DNA of 64,000 bases from Candidatus Krumholzibacteriota bacterium (lineage in GTDB: Bacteria > Krumholzibacteriota > Krumholzibacteriia > JAJRXK01). The notes beneath the pieces are model-generated. The model searched no databases. It had not been told where the DNA came from and saw only the letters and a program-made list of their open reading frames with translations. Position numbers and translations under genes: made by a program. The stretch covers positions 32,001 through 96,000 of the forward strand of contig CAWDWO010000007.1 of assembly GCA_963806035.1 (NCBI GenBank), given 5' to 3'. Shown one piece after another: positions 61,303 to 64,000 of the stretch (within the stretch, counting starts at the first letter, position 1; the number at the start of each line of letters is the position of its first letter).

Positions 61303-63101
61303 GCACTATTGGTGCCGTTTTCCGACTCATTTTGCGCAGGAACCGTCAGTTTCAAGCTCAGTTCGGCCAATTGACGCGCTGAGATATTGGAGGGCGCGCC
61401 GTCGAGAGGATTGGCCGCGATGGTGGTCTTGGGAAATGCAATGACCTCTCGGATACTCTTCCCGCCGACCAGCATGGTCACGATCCGATCCAGTCCCAGG
61501 GCGATTCCTCCGTGCGGAGGGGCCCCGTACTCGAGCGCCCGCAGAAACCAGCCGAATTTGCGCTGCGCCTCATCCTTGGAAATGCCGCACACCGACAGAA
61601 CGCGTTCCTGCAGCTCGCGCTGGTGGATTCGAATGCTTCCGCTGCCCAGTTCCATGCCGTTGCAGACCAGATCGTAGAGCCGGGCGTAGACGCTTCCCGG
61701 ATCAGATTCCAGCGCCGCGAGGTCCTGCTCGCGCGGCATGGTGAACATGTGATGCATGGCGGTCCAGCCGCCACTCTCTTCATCCTGTTCGAAGAGTGGG
61801 AAGTCGTGGACCCAGCAGAACTCGAAGTCCTCAGCTTTGCGCAGCCCCAGGCGCTCCGCGATTTCCAGACGCAACTGACCCAATACCCGATTCGCGCGCG
61901 AACGCGTGTCCGCCACGAAGAGAACGAGGTCGCCCGGCCGCGCACCGGCATCCTCGGCCAGTTCCTGCAGAGCCGCGCTCTCGAAGAACTTGGCAAAGGA
62001 ACCGCTCAATCCCTCTTCAGTCCACTTCAGGTAGGCCAGACCCTTCGCGCCGTACTTGCGCGCGATCTCCTCCAACTCCGCGATATCCTTGCGCGAGCTC
62101 GTGGCCAGCGAGGGCGCGACCACGACTTTCACTCGTCCCCCCTCCTCCACCACTCTCGAGAACACCTTGAATCCGCCGGCGGCGGCTCGCTCGCTCAGAT
62201 CGACCAAGGGCAGCTCGAAGCGCAAGTCGGGTTTGTCCGAGCCGTATACATCCATCGCTTCATCGAAACTCAGCCGCGGAAAGGGAGTCTGAATCTCCCT
62301 TCCCAGCGCGCGCCCCACGATGTTGGACATCAGTCCCTCCACCAGGGCGTAGATCATCTCCTCGTCGACGAAGCTCATTTCGATGTCGATCTGGGTGTGC
62401 TCAGGCTGCCGGTCCGCGCGCAGGTCCTCGTCGCGGAGGCAGCGCGCGAGTTGGAAATAGCGGTCCACTCCGCTGATCATCAGCGTCTGTTTGTAGAGTT
62501 GGGGACTTTGGGGCAGCGCATAGAACTTGCCCGGATGAACGCGGCTGGGAACCACGTAGTCCCGCGCGCCCTCCGGGGTGGTCTGAATCAAGAGTGGGGT
62601 TTCCACTTCCAGAAAACCCTCATCGGACAAGAACTCGCGCGTCGCGCGCGCCACCTCGTGGCGAATCCGCAGGTTGTGCTGCATCTCGGGCATGCGCAGA
62701 TGGAGATAGCGGTACTTGAGAATGAGCTCCTCGCCGGCCCCCTCGATGTGCTCGGGTTGGAAGGGCAAGACCGCGCAGCGGTTCAAGAGTTCCAGCTGTT
62801 CTGCCACGACCTCGATTCCCCCGGTCTGCATCTGGGGATTGACCATGTCGTCGGGCCGTGCGCGCACGCTCCCCTTCACCGCGACCACGTCTTCCTGTCG
62901 CAGCGATTGCGCCTTCACGTGCATCGCTTCGTCTTGCGGACCGAAGACCACCTGGGTCACCCCATAGCGATCCCGCAAATCGACGAACACCAGTCCTCCG
63001 TGGTCGCGCCGGGAAGCCACCCAACCGTTGAGGGTGACCTCGTGTCCGGCCTGAGCCGGAGTCAGTTCCCCGCAGGTGTGACTGCGCCTGAGCCCTTTCA
63101 T
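61299..63101 (-). CDS. aspS: Aspartyl-tRNA synthetase
   Basis: RSHTCGEL, RDHGG, TPEGARDY, ALPQSPQ, RDEDLRADRQPE, GAPPHGGIALGLDR, IAFPKT. Confidence 0.98.
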   Translation of the reverse strand: MKGLRRSHTCGELTPAQAGHEVTLNGWVASRRDHGGLVFVDLRDRYGVTQVVFGPQDEAMHVKAQSLRQEDVVAVKGSVRARPDDMVNPQMQTGGIEVVAEQLELLNRCAVLPFQPEHIEGAGEELILKYRYLHLRMPEMQHNLRIRHEVARATREFLSDEGFLEVETPLLIQTTPEGARDYVVPSRVHPGKFYALPQSPQLYKQTLMISGVDRYFQLARCLRDEDLRADRQPEHTQIDIEMSFVDEEMIYALVEGLMSNIVGRALGREIQTPFPRLSFDEAMDVYGSDKPDLRFELPLVDLSERAAAGGFKVFSRVVEEGGRVKVVVAPSLATSSRKDIAELEEIARKYGAKGLAYLKWTEEGLSGSFAKFFESAALQELAEDAGARPGDLVLFVADTRSRANRVLGQLRLEIAERLGLRKAEDFEFCWVHDFPLFEQDEESGGWTAMHHMFTMPREQDLAALESDPGSVYARLYDLVCNGMELGSGSIRIHQRELQERVLSVCGISKDEAQRKFGWFLRALEYGAPPHGGIALGLDRIVTMLVGGKSIREVIAFPKTTIAANPLDGAPSNISARQLAELSLKLTVPAQNESENGTNSA

Positions 63102-63532
63102 GAATCCACTCCTCGATCCGTTTCGACGCCCGCGCCCGCGCTCACGCGCAAACGTTGTGTCAGAGCATAGTACACGATGGCGATCAAACCTCCCGCTGAA
63201 CTTCCCGCGAGGTCGGCCGCGTAGTCCGAAAGGGAAGCTGTGCGCCCCGGAATCAGCCGCTGGTAAGTCTCATCCACTGCACCCATGAAGAACGCGAGCA
63301 AGATCACCAGGAGCCAAGCCGCCAGGGCCGTCTTACCCTGCGCTCGGAAGAGGCGAAAAGAGAGAAAGCCCAGGATCGAGTACTCGATGCCATGGGCCAG
63401 ATAGTCCTTCACGGAAAAGCCGACCTTCTGCAGGGTCGGCTCGGGAATCGAAGAAACGGCCAGAATCACCGCCATCCAGATGATGAGCGGGATTCGATAG
63501 TGGAGGGTAGAAGTCGCGTTTCCTGCTGTCAA
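63098..63532 (-). CDS. VanZ family membrane protein (start uncertain)
   Basis: 'D..AH..EY..LG', 'DETYQ..IPGR..S..D..AD..G'. Confidence 0.85.
   Translation of the reverse strand: MTAGNATSTLHYRIPLIIWMAVILAVSSIPEPTLQKVGFSVKDYLAHGIEYSILGFLSFRLFRAQGKTALAAWLLVILLAFFMGAVDETYQRLIPGRTASLSDYAADLAGSSAGGLIAIVYYALTQRLRVSAGAGVETDRGVDS
63504..63532 (-). promoter_or_regulatory. Sigma70 promoter candidate (vanZ/aspS)
   Basis: TTGACA (63532-63527), 17 bp, TACCCT (63509-63504). Confidence 0.45.
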
Positions 63533-63550
63533 GACGGCCCGCCGATGTGC

Positions 63551-64000
63551 TCAAGGACGCAGGTTGGGAAAGGGGCGATCCGGCGCGAAGCCGTCGATCC
63601 CCAAGAGCGCCAGCCCGCTCAACGCGAGCGCAGCGGGCATGTGCTTGTTGTCGAAGCGGAAGGCGTCCAGATTCAGAGCCGCCGAACGCAGGCTCCTGCG
63701 CGCGGCTGGGGAAAGACTCGGCGCCGCCGCCAGAACGATTCCGCCCCCCGGGGGGCCGGCCGGACCGAAACTGAAACGCTTGGGATCGATGATGCCGTCT
63801 TCGATGGCGCGGCGCAGATCGCTCTCGCGCACGATGGCGAGGTCATAGCTTCCGTGGGCCAGAGCGCAAAGCGCCTCCTCGTGATCGTAGACGTCGTGGC
63901 CGCTCGCCACCTCGGAGAATCCGGAGTCCAGGGGGTGGCCGTGCTCCGCCAGGTATTTGCTGGCGCCTTTGCCACCCATCCAAGACCAGGAGTCCCCCAG
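63551..64000 (-). CDS. C-terminal part of a probable PhnD-like periplasmic substrate-binding protein (partial)
   Basis: Frame open to the window end. 'HEEALCALAHGSYDLAIVRES' resembles phosphonate-binding PBP2 domains. Confidence 0.55.
   Translation of the reverse strand: MGDSWSWMGGKGASKYLAEHGHPLDSGFSEVASGHDVYDHEEALCALAHGSYDLAIVRESDLRRAIEDGIIDPKRFSFGPAGPPGGGIVLAAAPSLSPAARRSLRSAALNLDAFRFDNKHMPAALALSGLALLGIDGFAPDRPFPNLRP

Noticed and set aside
63098..63532. Glycopeptide resistance from vanZ
   Set aside because: Generic VanZ-like membrane protein; no other van genes nearby.

Overview
64 kb of a GC-rich, Gram-negative bacterial chromosome. Every credible gene is on the minus strand. The FlgD/T9SS-type C-terminal domains, the PorV-like barrel and the gene order suggest an FCB-related candidate lineage (Krumholzibacteriota/Latescibacterota/Eisenbacteria-like); this is inference only. 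Most of the window is housekeeping: aspS, phoH-pgpH-ybeY-corC-mgtE-recO-glyQS, ppdK, an aminotransferase, purD-purE-tsaC-LMWPTP-glyA-nrdR-tatC-ispB-rsfS-argS-pfkB, purM and lnt. Four non-routine modules are embedded. (1) At 3.0-5.4 kb, an unknown protein with LeuA-allosteric-like C-terminal motifs is followed by a UUCG terminator, then a ~186-nt rod-shaped RNA that hides the SD and AUG of an unannotated 11-aa peptide (MFWVLGSKVKW), then a membrane HD-GYP phosphodiesterase. This is a candidate peptide/RNA-controlled cyclic-dinucleotide signalling system. (2) At 24.5-38.1 kb, an operon behind a sigma54-type promoter encodes a 2850-aa Ig-repeat T9SS-type cargo, a PorV-TPR fusion, a membrane RsbW kinase-HAMP-PP2C phosphatase-HTH fusion and a STAS protein. 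This is a candidate trans-envelope partner-switching system with no sigma factor gene in the operon. (3) A cassette of two paralogous lipoproteins plus a BNR/CTD protein lies between glyS and ppdK. (4) A lamin-tail CTD protein, a putative barrel protein and a ComEA-HhH protein form a triad. I saw no rRNA, tRNA, CRISPR array or intact mobile element. All calls come from reading the sequence by eye; no database searches were run.
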